Shown: positions 25,471 to 37,800 of the stretch, one piece after another | Numbering within the stretch: the first letter of the stretch is position 1 | Layout: each line of letters begins with the position of its first letter | NCBI RefSeq assembly: GCF_037042905.1 | Contig: NC_087249.1 | Span: 10,108,001 to 10,172,000 of the forward strand | DNA: 64,000 bases | Direction: 5' to 3' | From: Lytechinus pictus | Lineage: Eukaryota | Program-made: the position numbers and the translations under genes | Notes under the pieces: generated by a model | What the model was told of the DNA's origin: nothing | Databases searched by the model: none | What the model saw: only the letters and a program-made list of their open reading frames with translations

Positions 25471-27435
25471 TATAGTGTATTCTACCCCTAGTTTGTATAC
25501 ATGAAGATTTTGTGCAAAATAGACATTAATAACAAGTCATGCATCAAGGTTGACTTCTTGTAATGCTCTACCCAAGACACTATAAAGTAACATCAATAGA
25601 TAAATTCAAATTCATCTTTATGTGTTGAGAAACATACCAATGGCTAAAAATTCCATTGTATAGTATTGTATAGTGTAATATACCCCTAGTTTGTATACAT
25701 GAAGATTTTGTGCAAAATAGACATTAATAACAAGTCAAGGTGATCACAAACACTGTCTCGTATAGTCAATAAATCACATTTAAAAGGCACAATTGAAAGC
25801 ATCAATAATACTACATGTATGATAGAGCATCAACATTAAAAGCAAAAAAATGAAATATTGTTGAATGATAATTGAAAAATAACTTTTGTCCGGATATTAT
25901 GTACATGTAAACTACATTCAATGAGCACAAAGAATGTGAAATTTGCATGAGACCTTATAAAAATAGTACATATACCATATTGTCATTCATGAGAATAATT
26001 AAAATGAAGACAAATCAAGTGTTATTTTCAACAAAATATGAGTACTTATGTAGACAGATTATGTGCACAGAGAGACATGTACGTATACAAGTCACATCAA
26101 ACCATGTCCCTTTTGCTCTAAATTAAATGTTTGCTTCATTGGTATTTAATCTTTTTGTGAACCAGATTTGATCAAATGATACTCCCCTATTTTAGAAATT
26201 TACAACACAATCAGTATAGGTCTATATTGTAATTTTTCCGGCTAAAAAAGGGTAGTTTAATATCCAACTCATCTACTTTCCCATATTTTTTAAGCCTCAT
26301 ATTTAAGTAAATACATGTAATAAAGTTGATTATCCCATTTTGTTCACACCACTTCAGTCATCAATTTTGTAATATGACAATCTTTAAAAAAAAAAAAAAA
26401 TTCCACAGAAGATAAAAAAAAAAAAAAAAAAAAAAAATCACTTTTTTTTCTTCTAAACAACATCAAAGAGTCAGACCAGCTGTCCCTTCTAGTTTTGTTG
26501 TTTTGCTTTCATGATAAATGGACACTATGGATCCTCATTTGACCATCACAATCGTTTTATCTAATGTCTTGATTTTTACTACATTTTAAACTTTTGTTTT
26601 TAGAATGGAAAATGCAGTTCCAATACAAGTGCATAAATAAAGAATTAAGTACGCCAATATTAGAGTAATTTGTGTGATACTACGTAAATAGAATACTTTA
26701 ATTACATGTACACATAACAATCAAAATAGTTCTTTTTTAAACAGTACTGCTTGAATTATAATAAAACTGCAGTGCAATTTTTTTGTGTCACATCAAGTTA
26801 ACATATAAATAAAAATACAATAAGCTGTTTATCTCTAGAGTAATCTAATTGGAATGTAGATAAAATAAAATTCACTACTCTTTAATATTTACACTGGCAT
26901 ACTTTAAACACAACAGTATTTCACAAACTCTACACACTGACCCTTTATACAAGAATACATATGAATTTGCATATCAAGTTGTTCAATACTCTCCAAGAAA
27001 GAAAGTTATAAAACCATTCACCATAATTAAGTAGATAAAAGACGAGAATATCACATAAACATGATTTTTTTTTAAATAAATAAAATGCCCATGCCTGCAT
27101 GATCACAAACTCATAGCAGCTGTGTACAGAAAGACTTAAAGCACATCAAAATCAATAAATCAATTAGCTAACGATAATGCCTCTTTTAAAATGTTGAAAG
27201 CAAATATTTTCTCAGTTAGGAAGAAGAAAAAGAGGTAGGACATAACAATAGAAAGATGAGAATACTGAGCATAATACAAGTAAGATTGTTGATATTTATT
27301 CAAGGAGAAAGGGTGAGCAGGTCCTTTAACCTTGGCTAATAATACGGTGACAAGACATTTGCTTCGGGCTTAATTTCATCGAAGATATAGGGTAAGGGTG
27401 GCAATAGGGTTTTATGTTAGGTCTTGGATAGGGTA

Positions 27436-28744
27436 GGGGAGACCGGGGTTAGTTGGAACATGGGGTAAGTTGAAACATTGTAATTTTCTTTAACGTCTTT
27501 AAATAAATTTCTGCAATACTGCCCTCAAGTTATTGTCATTATCAAGAGCCATCCACCATATTACAGACAACACATGTGCAACAAGCCTGGTGAAGTTAGA
27601 AACAATTTTTTGTTTTTTGACCTTCTGAGTAATTTTTTTCTCGTTCAGAAATGTTTGATTATCTCAGAGAAGTTTATAGATCAAGTTGGCCAGTTTGGGG
27701 GTATAATAGACACTTATACCAAGCTACAAAATGAGGTTATTAATATGCCATGGTGAAGTCCCTTTTTTGTGCTGTAAGCTTATAAATGTCAAATGGGCCT
27801 CCGGGGTTAGTTGGAACAAAGTTGAAGGGGCTAGTTGGAACATGTTCCAACTTACCCTAAACATCATAATCAAACATCATAATTTTTCAACCAAAAGTCT
27901 TAAATGTATGATTTACTTTTGCTGGTTCAAATAGATTCATTTTATACTATTTATGATCGCAAAAGACTCCTGACAAAGTCCATCGGAAAAAACAAAGTTC
28001 GGAAAACAAAAATACAAATAAAAAAATAATAATAATAAATACATAATAAATTATATTTTTTGAATTTTTGGTGGATATTTGTTATAAATGTAAAAATTGA
28101 TACTCTCACCAAAAATTAGCATTCTACTAGCTTAATAAATAGAGTTAAAGGCAAAAACATACCAAAAAAAGCAAATTTCAGGAAAATTTTATATGCTTAT
28201 TTGCATAATTAATTATGAAAAAAATATAAACAATTAATTTTTGTCTTATAAATTTGATGCAGAAGTACATGAAATTGCTGAGAGTACACCTAATTGCATG
28301 TAAACTCAAATGCACCCAAATATGCGGAATTCTACTACACAGTCTGCTTGTGTGAGTGGCTGTATAATAGAAAGCCTAAATTTCAATGAATCCACACTTT
28401 AATATTTTGAACTTGAATAAGATAAAGCAAATAGGCTAAAACCATGTGATATTACAGTTTTAAGTAGTTTAAGTATAATTCTTAATTGACCATGCAGTGT
28501 TCCAAATTACCCCATACCATGTTCCAACTTACCCCGATATGGGGGTAAGTTGGAACGTTTGCGATGGTCTTGTTCAAGTTGGATTTTTTTCAGTAACCAT
28601 AATGGAGTTAAAAATTTTATGGGGTACATTTGAAGCCCTGAGATATATGCTTCAAGCTGATATATCGATTGTTTCTCGAATAAAATCTATTTGGATTTTA
28701 CAAACATTTCTGTCAAAAATGTTCCAACTAACCCCGGTCTCCCC
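27436..28744. mobile_element. TA-TSD non-autonomous DNA transposon (Tc1/mariner/pogo-like), copy 1
   Basis: ta|GGGGAGACCGGGGTTAGTTGGAACA ... TGTTCCAACTAACCCCGGTCTCCCC|ta; inserted in a small repeat whose uninterrupted copy lies at ~31265-31443. Confidence 0.85.
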
Positions 28745-30027
28745 TATAGTGTTAAATACAGGGCTTAAGTTGGTCAGTCCATTTGTGTGGAATTTATAGC
28801 AGGGACTCAGTTTTATTAGGGGAGCAATAACAAGCTCTCCTTAAAAGTTTTAAGAGGAGCGGTAGGGGATCATTGACCGACACTTGTTCTACATTCAGGT
28901 TTATAGAATAGAGGTTATACAAGGAAACAAGATGTTGTACAAACAATACAAATGTGTATGATATTGCCATATTTCTAGTTTTTCTGCATTTCTGCATTTA
29001 TTATTTCATGTCACAAAAAAATTATGATTCGCTGAGGCGAGTGATAGATTGCTCTACCTGAAATGGATTAAGGTGAGCAGTCGCCTTAAAACTGAGTCCT
29101 TGTTATAGCGGAGCATACGTCATGGAACCAATACTACTCCTACATGTATATGAAGATGGCTTCCTTGAAAATCTGCATGTTAAAGGCATATTAATGTCCG
29201 TTTTCATGGGGAATTCGACACCATTCAGATACACATCACCCAGAGTAGAATGAGAGTCATGACAAGCTGACATTATGTAATGGCCACTGGATATTTATTG
29301 CCTTATTGTGAAGTCATTCTTTCACTTTCCTCATCCTGGGCAAGGTTAAGGAGGCTTGGCCGAAGAATTTCATGCTGGTACACCAAGTTTGCTTACCCCC
29401 CCAGATGTCTCTGTTACAGGTATTTCCAATGCTTTTTCATTAACTCTGGGGTCAGCAAACAATAATCACCCCCCCCCTCCCCCGGAAAACTGATGCCCAT
29501 GAGAATTTAAAATCAGCTCATTGAGCAACTCTATAACCCAACACCAAACTTGATTATTCTCACATTACTCAGGACTAAGACGAAGTTCACATCCCCAATC
29601 TCATCTTCCACTTTGTAATCAGAAAACTAAAGTCAAGGGCAATTAACACATTCAAAGCAAATAAGGTATAAATAGATTTCTTGCAGTTAAATAGATTTAT
29701 CATGTCCAGATTTACTTAACTGGAACATGCCTTTAGTGAATTTGTGACCCCCCCCTTTCACTACCTGAAAAAAAAAATTTATCAAAGATATCAAGGTCAT
29801 GCAATATACCAACAGACACCATTCTCTCAGGTTAGCATTTCACTCACTCAACAGTTGTCACCTGACAAGTTGTCAACTTTCCTTGATTTTGATTGGCTGA
29901 GAAGCAGATGAATGACTGTCGCTACCGTACCTGTCGGATATTAAAACATACTTTGTTGGATGAACAAAACATCTGACGGAACCTTTCATGAAATGCTCTC
30001 CTGCAGCGATGATAATGATGTATTGAT

Positions 30028-30150
30028 TTACTTCCCTTCTAAGAGAACCAGGCAGATGATGAGGATTGCTGCGAAAGCCACCAGGGTGATCAGGGCCACG
30101 GACACCAGAAAGGCACACTTACGTCGCTGTCGCGCATCGTACTGGGGATC
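30028..30150 (-). CDS. RGS9BP: RGS9BP-like last coding exon, C-terminal transmembrane anchor (DPQYDARQRRKCAFLVSVALITLVAFAAILIICLVLLEGK*)
   Basis: catag acceptor, TAA stop; hydrophobic stretch preceded by basic residues. Confidence 0.88.
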   Translation of the reverse strand, partial: DPQYDARQRRKCAFLVSVALITLVAFAAILIICLVLLEGK

Positions 30151-31830
30151 CTATGTGAAACAGGAAGACAGAAATCAACTCGGATTACAGTTACAGGGGA
30201 TTTGTCGTGTTCCAACAACATGTTCCTTTTTTTTTTTTAATGTGTTTTCAATGTTTTAACACGTTAAAAAAGTTTTTAAATATTTATAATAAACAATAAA
30301 TAAATTATATAGAGTTTGTATAGCGCACATATCCACCTTGCTAGGTGCTCAAGGCACTCCTACATTACCCTGGCTAAGCTAGTCTATCAATTTCGGTGTG
30401 CACAGCTTTTTGAGGAATTACTTCCTGCTGGTACACATTTACCTCACCTGGGTTGAGTGCAGCACAATGTGGGTAAATTTCTTGCTGAAGGAAAACCTGC
30501 CATGGCTTGGAATCGAACCCACATCCTTCAGATTGAAAGACGAGAGTCTTAACCACTAGACCACGACGCCCCCACTTTTGTAATGAATGATGTGATTTCC
30601 TGTAATACAGGTTTGGAGTTATTAACTGATGATTTCAAACACAGAATTTTGAGAGACAGAGAAGGAGAAAGTAAAGTGGAAGAAAGAAAGAGAAAAAAAA
30701 GAGGAGTTTGGATAAGGAGATTTTGTTATTTAATAAAAGAAAAAATAAACTAGTAAACAAGTACAAAAACATTATTCATTCAAAATTCCATCAAAGCAAA
30801 CTTTTCAACACAAAATCTATATTCTATCCAGTTTTATAACAAATTTTTTGTGTAAAAAACAAACAAGTGGAACGCCTCTCACAGTCTTGCCTGCATATTG
30901 CGATTCAATATAGCACCAGTGCTGACTTTGAAAACAACTATAGAATAATTATTCACCCCCCCAAAAAAACATTCATATGATAATAAAATACTATGTTCAT
31001 TGACCCTCAATGACATTTAAACTTGATCATGTGACCGAAGATACTTGATTACCCTTAAGTCCACATTTCAGGAACTAAATAAAGTTATGATGACAATTGA
31101 ACAAATATGGCCAAAGTTCATTAACCTTGTTCAAGTGACCTGAAAATCATGCAGGATATTCACTGATACTTTTTACTCTTCTGTCCAAGTTTCACGAACT
31201 AGATCCATATACTTTCAAAGTTATGACAATTCGGCACCTATAGTCTAGCTCTGCTATGCAAGCAGATTCCATGGCATTTGCTCCGGCGACAATTGCTCCG
31301 CTCTAAATTCCACACACTAATGGAATGGCCAGCTTCAACCCTGGGTTTAACACTATACCCTACCCTAAACCTAACATAAAACCCTATTGCAACCCTAACC
31401 TACATCTTAGACAAAATTAAGCCGGAGCAATTGTCGTGTCACCTGCAAGCAAGACAAAAACAGGTGTTTTAAAACATGTTTTGAACGGGCCAACCCTCAT
31501 CGCCTTCATTGCCTTTGGTCAATACAAACCCTGAGGCTATAAAGTCTCAAAGTAGCACTAGAGAATAAACAGTTCAAGCATTTCACTTACAAAGCCTGTT
31601 GAGGAGGCCGTTTCACTGTTGAGTGAGGTCTGAGACTTGGTGTCCAGTTTATAATCACTGGGAGGCTGGATGGTCCATGGTTTGATGTCAACGCGACGGT
31701 GCATCTCCGACATCAGGTTACGCAACTCAAGAATATCCCTGGGGGTGAAAAGAGATGGTGGACAATGGATATCAATATGAGAAGTAATCTTAAAATGAAC
31801 CAATTATTCATCATTATTATTATTATTATC

Positions 31831-31865
<35 letters not shown>

Positions 31866-34800
31866 CATTATCATTAACATTATCATTATCATTATTATTA
31901 TTATTATCATCATCATAGTCAACTTCAACATCATCAGCATCATCATTAATATCATTACTGTGCAAGTATGAAAATGAAGAAAAGCAGTGCTTTACTACAT
32001 CAGTATAGGCAAGTCAAACTTCAGGTAGAAATCGGATGAACTTGAAAGTTTCAAACAGCTTTGATTTTAAATTTGTAATATAAGTCTGTACAGTGACTTT
32101 GATAGATTATACAAAATAAGTAGGGAAAGAAGCAAGAAAGAAATAACTTATGTCATAATACTAAATAGGTTCATTATTGCGGATTGAAATAATCGCTAGA
32201 GGGTATTCATTTGTCTCGCAATCTACTATGGTCAACAAGGAAATTCGTGATCACTCTCGCAAAAAGTGTTCACTGGCTTTCTAGGAACTTTGTGATCACT
32301 CTCGCAAAAAGTGTTCACTAGCTTACAAGTTCACGAGCTTTCGAGTGCCGCTGCAACTCTTTATCAAGTGACGAAAATAATCTGATAACGTACTCTATTT
32401 ATACTAATCTCCAGGACCGTACGCACGAACGCGAGAACAATAGGTGGGCATTGATCCGTTGCGTCGGTGTGCAGTGCGGCCGGTAATCCGTATATGCAAA
32501 TAAGCCGGGGGTATATGCAAATACGCCGTGGGTCGGCAATATGCAAATTAGACCAAATTGGCGGGCTCGCTAGTTTCCCGTGGGCGGGGGTTGACTAGCT
32601 GATCGGTCCCTCGTTCGGGGCCGGGAACGATCGGGTCGGCGTGCACTGCCAGGTAAGGGGGTATTGTGCTGTCGGATGGTTCGCATCCAGAAGTCGGGGA
32701 TGTCGATCCCGCTGTCTCTGTTGAAGTTGTTAGGACAAAGACTTTTTGCGAGAGTGATCACGAATTTCCTTGTTGACCATAGTAGATTGCGAGACAAATG
32801 AATACCCTCTAGCGATAACTTATGTCATGTTCCAAATAATAATTGTATCCATTAGACCTGAATACACAAGAGAGGTTTCAATTAGGAGATACATGGTCAT
32901 GGACTACATGAATGTAGATTTATCATAATATCGCACTTCAAATATTTCAATTCTCACTCTAATTCTTAAAAGGGATACTCCGGGCTGAAATATTTAAATC
33001 TAAATAAAAAGAGTAAAATTCACAGATTAAAATGCTGAAAACTTCATCAAAATCAGATAACAAAAAACAAGGTTATTGAATTTTAAAGATTTGCATTATT
33101 CCGGTGAAAAGGTTCTAGGCATGTCTTAATGAATATTCATTAGGTGGGCTGATAATAAAAATATTGACTGGCACTTTTTTCGGGGAACATGAAATATATT
33201 GCCCTTAAAAGAACCATATTGCCCTCGTCTAAAGACTTGGGCCAATATGATTCTTTTGTGGGCAATATATTTGATTTTCCCCTCAAGGCCAGTCAATATT
33301 ATATTATTATGTACACAAAGTCTGCATAATCCATGGTTTGTACTGCCTTCATGGTTTAAAGCTCCTTAATCTTGTGAATTCAAGTATTAGTTATGTCACA
33401 TTACCTCTCCAATAATCTGGTATCTTCTCTCTCCAGTACCATCTTATCAACGCAGGGAATATCAAGATTCTCCACATTCACAGGAATGTTATCAACCCCC
33501 AGAGGTTCCATTACACCAGTGTTAATCAAGACCTTGTTACCTGGTGTAAGCAGTTAGTTTGGTGTTAGTAGATAGCATTAGAAAGCAATGTTTGAAGCAC
33601 AAGGTGATTCTAATACCTGTGGTTCTGGTGTATTCGGTAAGTGTTAGGAGTCATACAGCTAAATATTAGTAATGACACGAGGATCACTCACACCAGTGTT
33701 AATCAACACTTTTCTATCTGGTGTAAGAAGTTACTAGCAGTTACTAGAAGTATCTAGCAGCAATGTTAGACAAGCAAAATTACCCAATTACATCTTCTTT
33801 AAGGAGCTTGTTTTAATTATCATACATGTTAGCCACACGATGAAGTTCCATTATCATTTGGTTACCTGGTTTAAGAAGTTAGTATGGTGATTAGTGGCAA
33901 GAACAAAACAGCAATATAATAAATATTAATTATATTATTCAATTACATCTGACCCTTGTTACCAGGTGTAAGGTGTTAGTTTGGTGTTATGATTAAGCAA
34001 TTAACACTTATGTGAAGTGATTCTACTAGACAAGTGTAACTAAATACTTTTATACATGGAGGTGCTAGGTGTCAAGATCAAGTTTCAAACAGTAGTGTTA
34101 ACAGCCATTTACAGGCAACACCATTTAAGTTAGTTTGGTCTTAAGGTTAATTTAAAACACAGCAACAATCTCTGTGAAAAACACATTCTGAGCTAACTCT
34201 AAAACTATACAGGGTATACATAATAAAAGACTGACTTATTTTCTTGTTTGCCCACCTGCATGGATGGGGAATGATTTTACCAGCTCCAGCGACTTTCTCA
34301 TGTGACCTTCAAAAACCTCCAAGCAAGCTGAAAACATGTTCCACAGCCTCTCGTACTCGCTACGCTCTGCCTTGAAGTCAAATTTACTAGAAATGCAAAT
34401 AATCAAAATACATGCAGAAAAGTAAAGATTAATATCAATATCACCATGGAGTGCAGTTGGGATTAATCACAAATTATAAATGTCAATATCATCCATACAG
34501 AATTTATATTACATGGTATAGGAGAACTTCCTCATATACCATGTACTAGAGATGCTCGGCGGGTCGCGTGGCCGAGCACATGTATCCCCCGAACCCACCG
34601 CGTCATCCGTTATTGTGATATATAGAGCTCGCACAGAAATTTGACAAATAAATACAATTATCATGGCGACAATGACCGTGCCCACATTTTGCCTGTGGGT
34701 ACCAAATTTTATGACAATAATATGATGTAGCAGCGTGACTCTGCAGAACCTAAAGTATTGTCCAGTATCACCTGTTGGGGAATACACTTATAGAGTAATA

Positions 34801-37800
34801 TGGATGGATATATTTTGTAAACCTAACCCTAAGACCCCCCACCAAAAATGATAGGCATCTTCGCTTCATCTTCTAATATTGCTTCTGTGTGCCAACTGTT
34901 ATGAGAAACTGGAAAAAAAAAAGAAGTTACAGGTTTTACCAAATTTTCCACACAAATATGGTTACCATAGCAACCATGTCTCCACCCACTCCAAAATCAT
35001 TAGGCGGCTTTGCTTTACCATAATGGACCTTCATGCCACATTTGAAGATGATCGGAGAAGAAATGCTCACAAAGAACATCTCTGTTTTTTCCTTCAAAAA
35101 CTCTTGTTACCATGGCAACGAAGTCTCCGCTCACACCAAAACCAATACGGGGCTTTAACATAATGGACCTTCATGCCACATTTGAAGATGATCGGAGAAG
35201 AAATGCAGCTGGTAGAGCGCTCACAAGGACATCTCTGCTATTTCCACAAAAACTCTTGTTACCATGGCAACGATGTCTCCGCCCACACCAAAATCAATAG
35301 GTGGCTTTGCTTAACCATAATAGACCTTCATGCCACATTTGAAGATGATCGGAGAAGAAATGCAACTGATAGAGCGCGCACAAGGAAATCTCTGCGGCGG
35401 CGGCGCGACAAGGCCAAATCCATAGTATCCTCCAAATTCTGTTTGGGGGATACATTAATAATACCAGTCAGTTCTTGTATAGCGCATAACACATTATGAA
35501 AAACGTCTCCATGCGCTTCCAAAGGACTTGGATATTATTACCCCGGCTGTAGCTCAAGCAGCCAGCTTCCAGCGCTCAGCATTTCAAGGAATAAATTCCT
35601 GCCAGGAACCCATTCACCTCAGCTGGGTTGAGTGCTGCACAATGTGTATAAATTTCTTGCTGAAGGAAACTACGCCATGGCTGGGATTTGAACCCACCAC
35701 CCTCTGTTTCAAAGTTCGGAGACTATTCCACTGGGCCACAACGCTCCACATGTAATGTAAATATATATTCCATAAATTCTGAGTCTCAATGGTATTTAAC
35801 AAATATTTTTGTAATATAATGGGGTATGAAATGATTTATCTGAGGATATATCCACCGTACAAATCAAATCAATTTTCGAGAAAACAGCATTTTACAGACC
35901 TGCCAACTTCTGGGAATGAAAAATTGTATTGTGTGATTTAAAAAAATGTATTTTTCCCCAAAAAAGTGTATTTCATAATAAAATGCTGCATGCAAGCTAA
36001 AATGCGCACTGCTCTTGCAGATGAAAAAAAAATTGAACATATGTATATCTCACCCTGGTTTTAACAAAATGATTGAAAAATCGTATTTTTTAAAGATAAA
36101 ACGTACTGTCGTATTTTGGTTGCAAAAACGTACTAAATACGCCAAAAACGTACTGGTTGGCATGTCTGATTTTGGGGAATTTACATCACACAACAAATAA
36201 AAGAGCTGCTGGTCTATGACGTCACATAATCAAAGTTAAAAATAATTATATATATATTATCATTTGACGGATGAATTCTGATCAAAGCTTCACCAATATT
36301 TTTCTCTAATTTTTCTGCTTCTCTTAAAACCCAACTCATTGGTTTATTTCCAATTCGTCTAATGCCAATTCATCCAATTGTCAACTCGTTTACTATCATT
36401 TGGTCTACCATCAGTTTGTCCAATATCCACATGGTCTACTTTCATTTAGTCTGCCATTCCGCCTAATAACCAATTGGTCCAATAGCCATTTAGTCCATAT
36501 ACTATTTGGTCTAAATTGCGCAAAATTAATGAAAATTAAATGGATATTAGACCAACTGGTTATGAGACGAAATGGTCATCTATAGATGAAATGGTGATTA
36601 GACAAAGTGATGATTGGACCAATAGGTTAATGGACCAAATGGTTGTTAGACGAAATGTTGATGGACGGAATGGCATTAGACTAAATGAAAGTAGACCATG
36701 CGGTGAGTGGACGAGTTGGCAGTGGACGAATTGGCAATTTGCCAACTCATCAGGGTGAACTTTACAATTAAATAAAACATCCACTTACTCTTTGAGGTGA
36801 GGTAGCAACTTGCGCATACTTTTCTTGGCTAGATCAAAGGCATTCTTCCTTGTCCTCTTGAGCTCATCACGTAGGTACTCAGAATCACTGGATCCTCCAA
36901 GGGTCAACGTAAGGTCATGGTAACGAGCCGTCTCAATGTTGAACTCTTTCACCAACTAGAATTTTTTAACGGGCATTGGAAAAAATACCATTATTATCTC
37001 AGAAAGATCATTTTTTCTTTAAATGACATGACTTGCTCATAAACCAGTCTTTGATATCCATGCAAGCACATGTGTTCAAAAATGAAATGAAGGTTAAAAT
37101 TTGACATAACATGTAGGAATTTGAGTTGGAAAGCTTCAAAATAAGGAGATTCTATGTACGTCCAAGTCCATGAGTTATACCTTCCTGAAAATGAATTTTA
37201 ATCTGTTTTATAGTTTGAATACAAATGTTATACAGGGTGCTACATAACTTTTTTGAAGCACTTGCCCAGTCGGGCAAGTAAATTTTCAAATAGTTGGAAA
37301 ATACTTGCCCGAATATAGATTTCACTTGCCCGAAAAATCCTTCAAAACAAAGTTTTATTGCTTCAAAACAAGTTATAGCCTTATAGTTTTACATACCATA
37401 CCATTGATGGCTTTAGAAATACATTTTTCAACATGACTACTGATGTAGGGGAGACCGGGGTTAGTTGGAACATGGGGTAAGTTGAAACATTGTAATTTTC
37501 TTTAACGTCTTTAAATAAATTTCTGCAATACTGACCTCAAGTTATTGTCATTATCAACAGCCATCCACCATATTACAGACAACACATGTGCAACAAGCCT
37601 GGTGAAGTTAGAAACAAATTTTTGTTTTTTGACCTTCTGAGTAAATTTTTTCTCGTTCAGAAATGTTTGATTTTCTCAGAGAAGTTTATAGATCAAGTTG
37701 GCCAGTTTGGGGGTATAATAGACACTTATACCAAGCTACAAAATGAGGTTATCAATATGCCATGGTGAAGTCCCTTTTTTGTGCTGTAAGCTTATAAACG

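Noticed and set aside
27574..27934. Duplicated small ORFs (also 37586-38063) as a gene pair
   Set aside because: They lie inside two copies of a non-autonomous transposon and show no transposase motifs
29303..29375. Possible extra terminal exon (accag then HEILRPSLLNLAQDEESERMTSQ*)
   Set aside because: Lies downstream of the stop at 30028, has a weak pyrimidine tract and no recognisable homology. It could be an alternative TM-less end but is unsupported without RNA data.
30500..30574. SINE heads as real tRNA genes (also ~10455-10527, 16005-16076, 35678-35749)
   Set aside because: Stems are mismatched, there is no terminator after the tRNA-like part, and each runs into a shared SINE core
31699..31971. 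Poly-Ile and poly-Met/Ile ORFs
   Set aside because: Artefacts of the (ATT/ATC)n microsatellite
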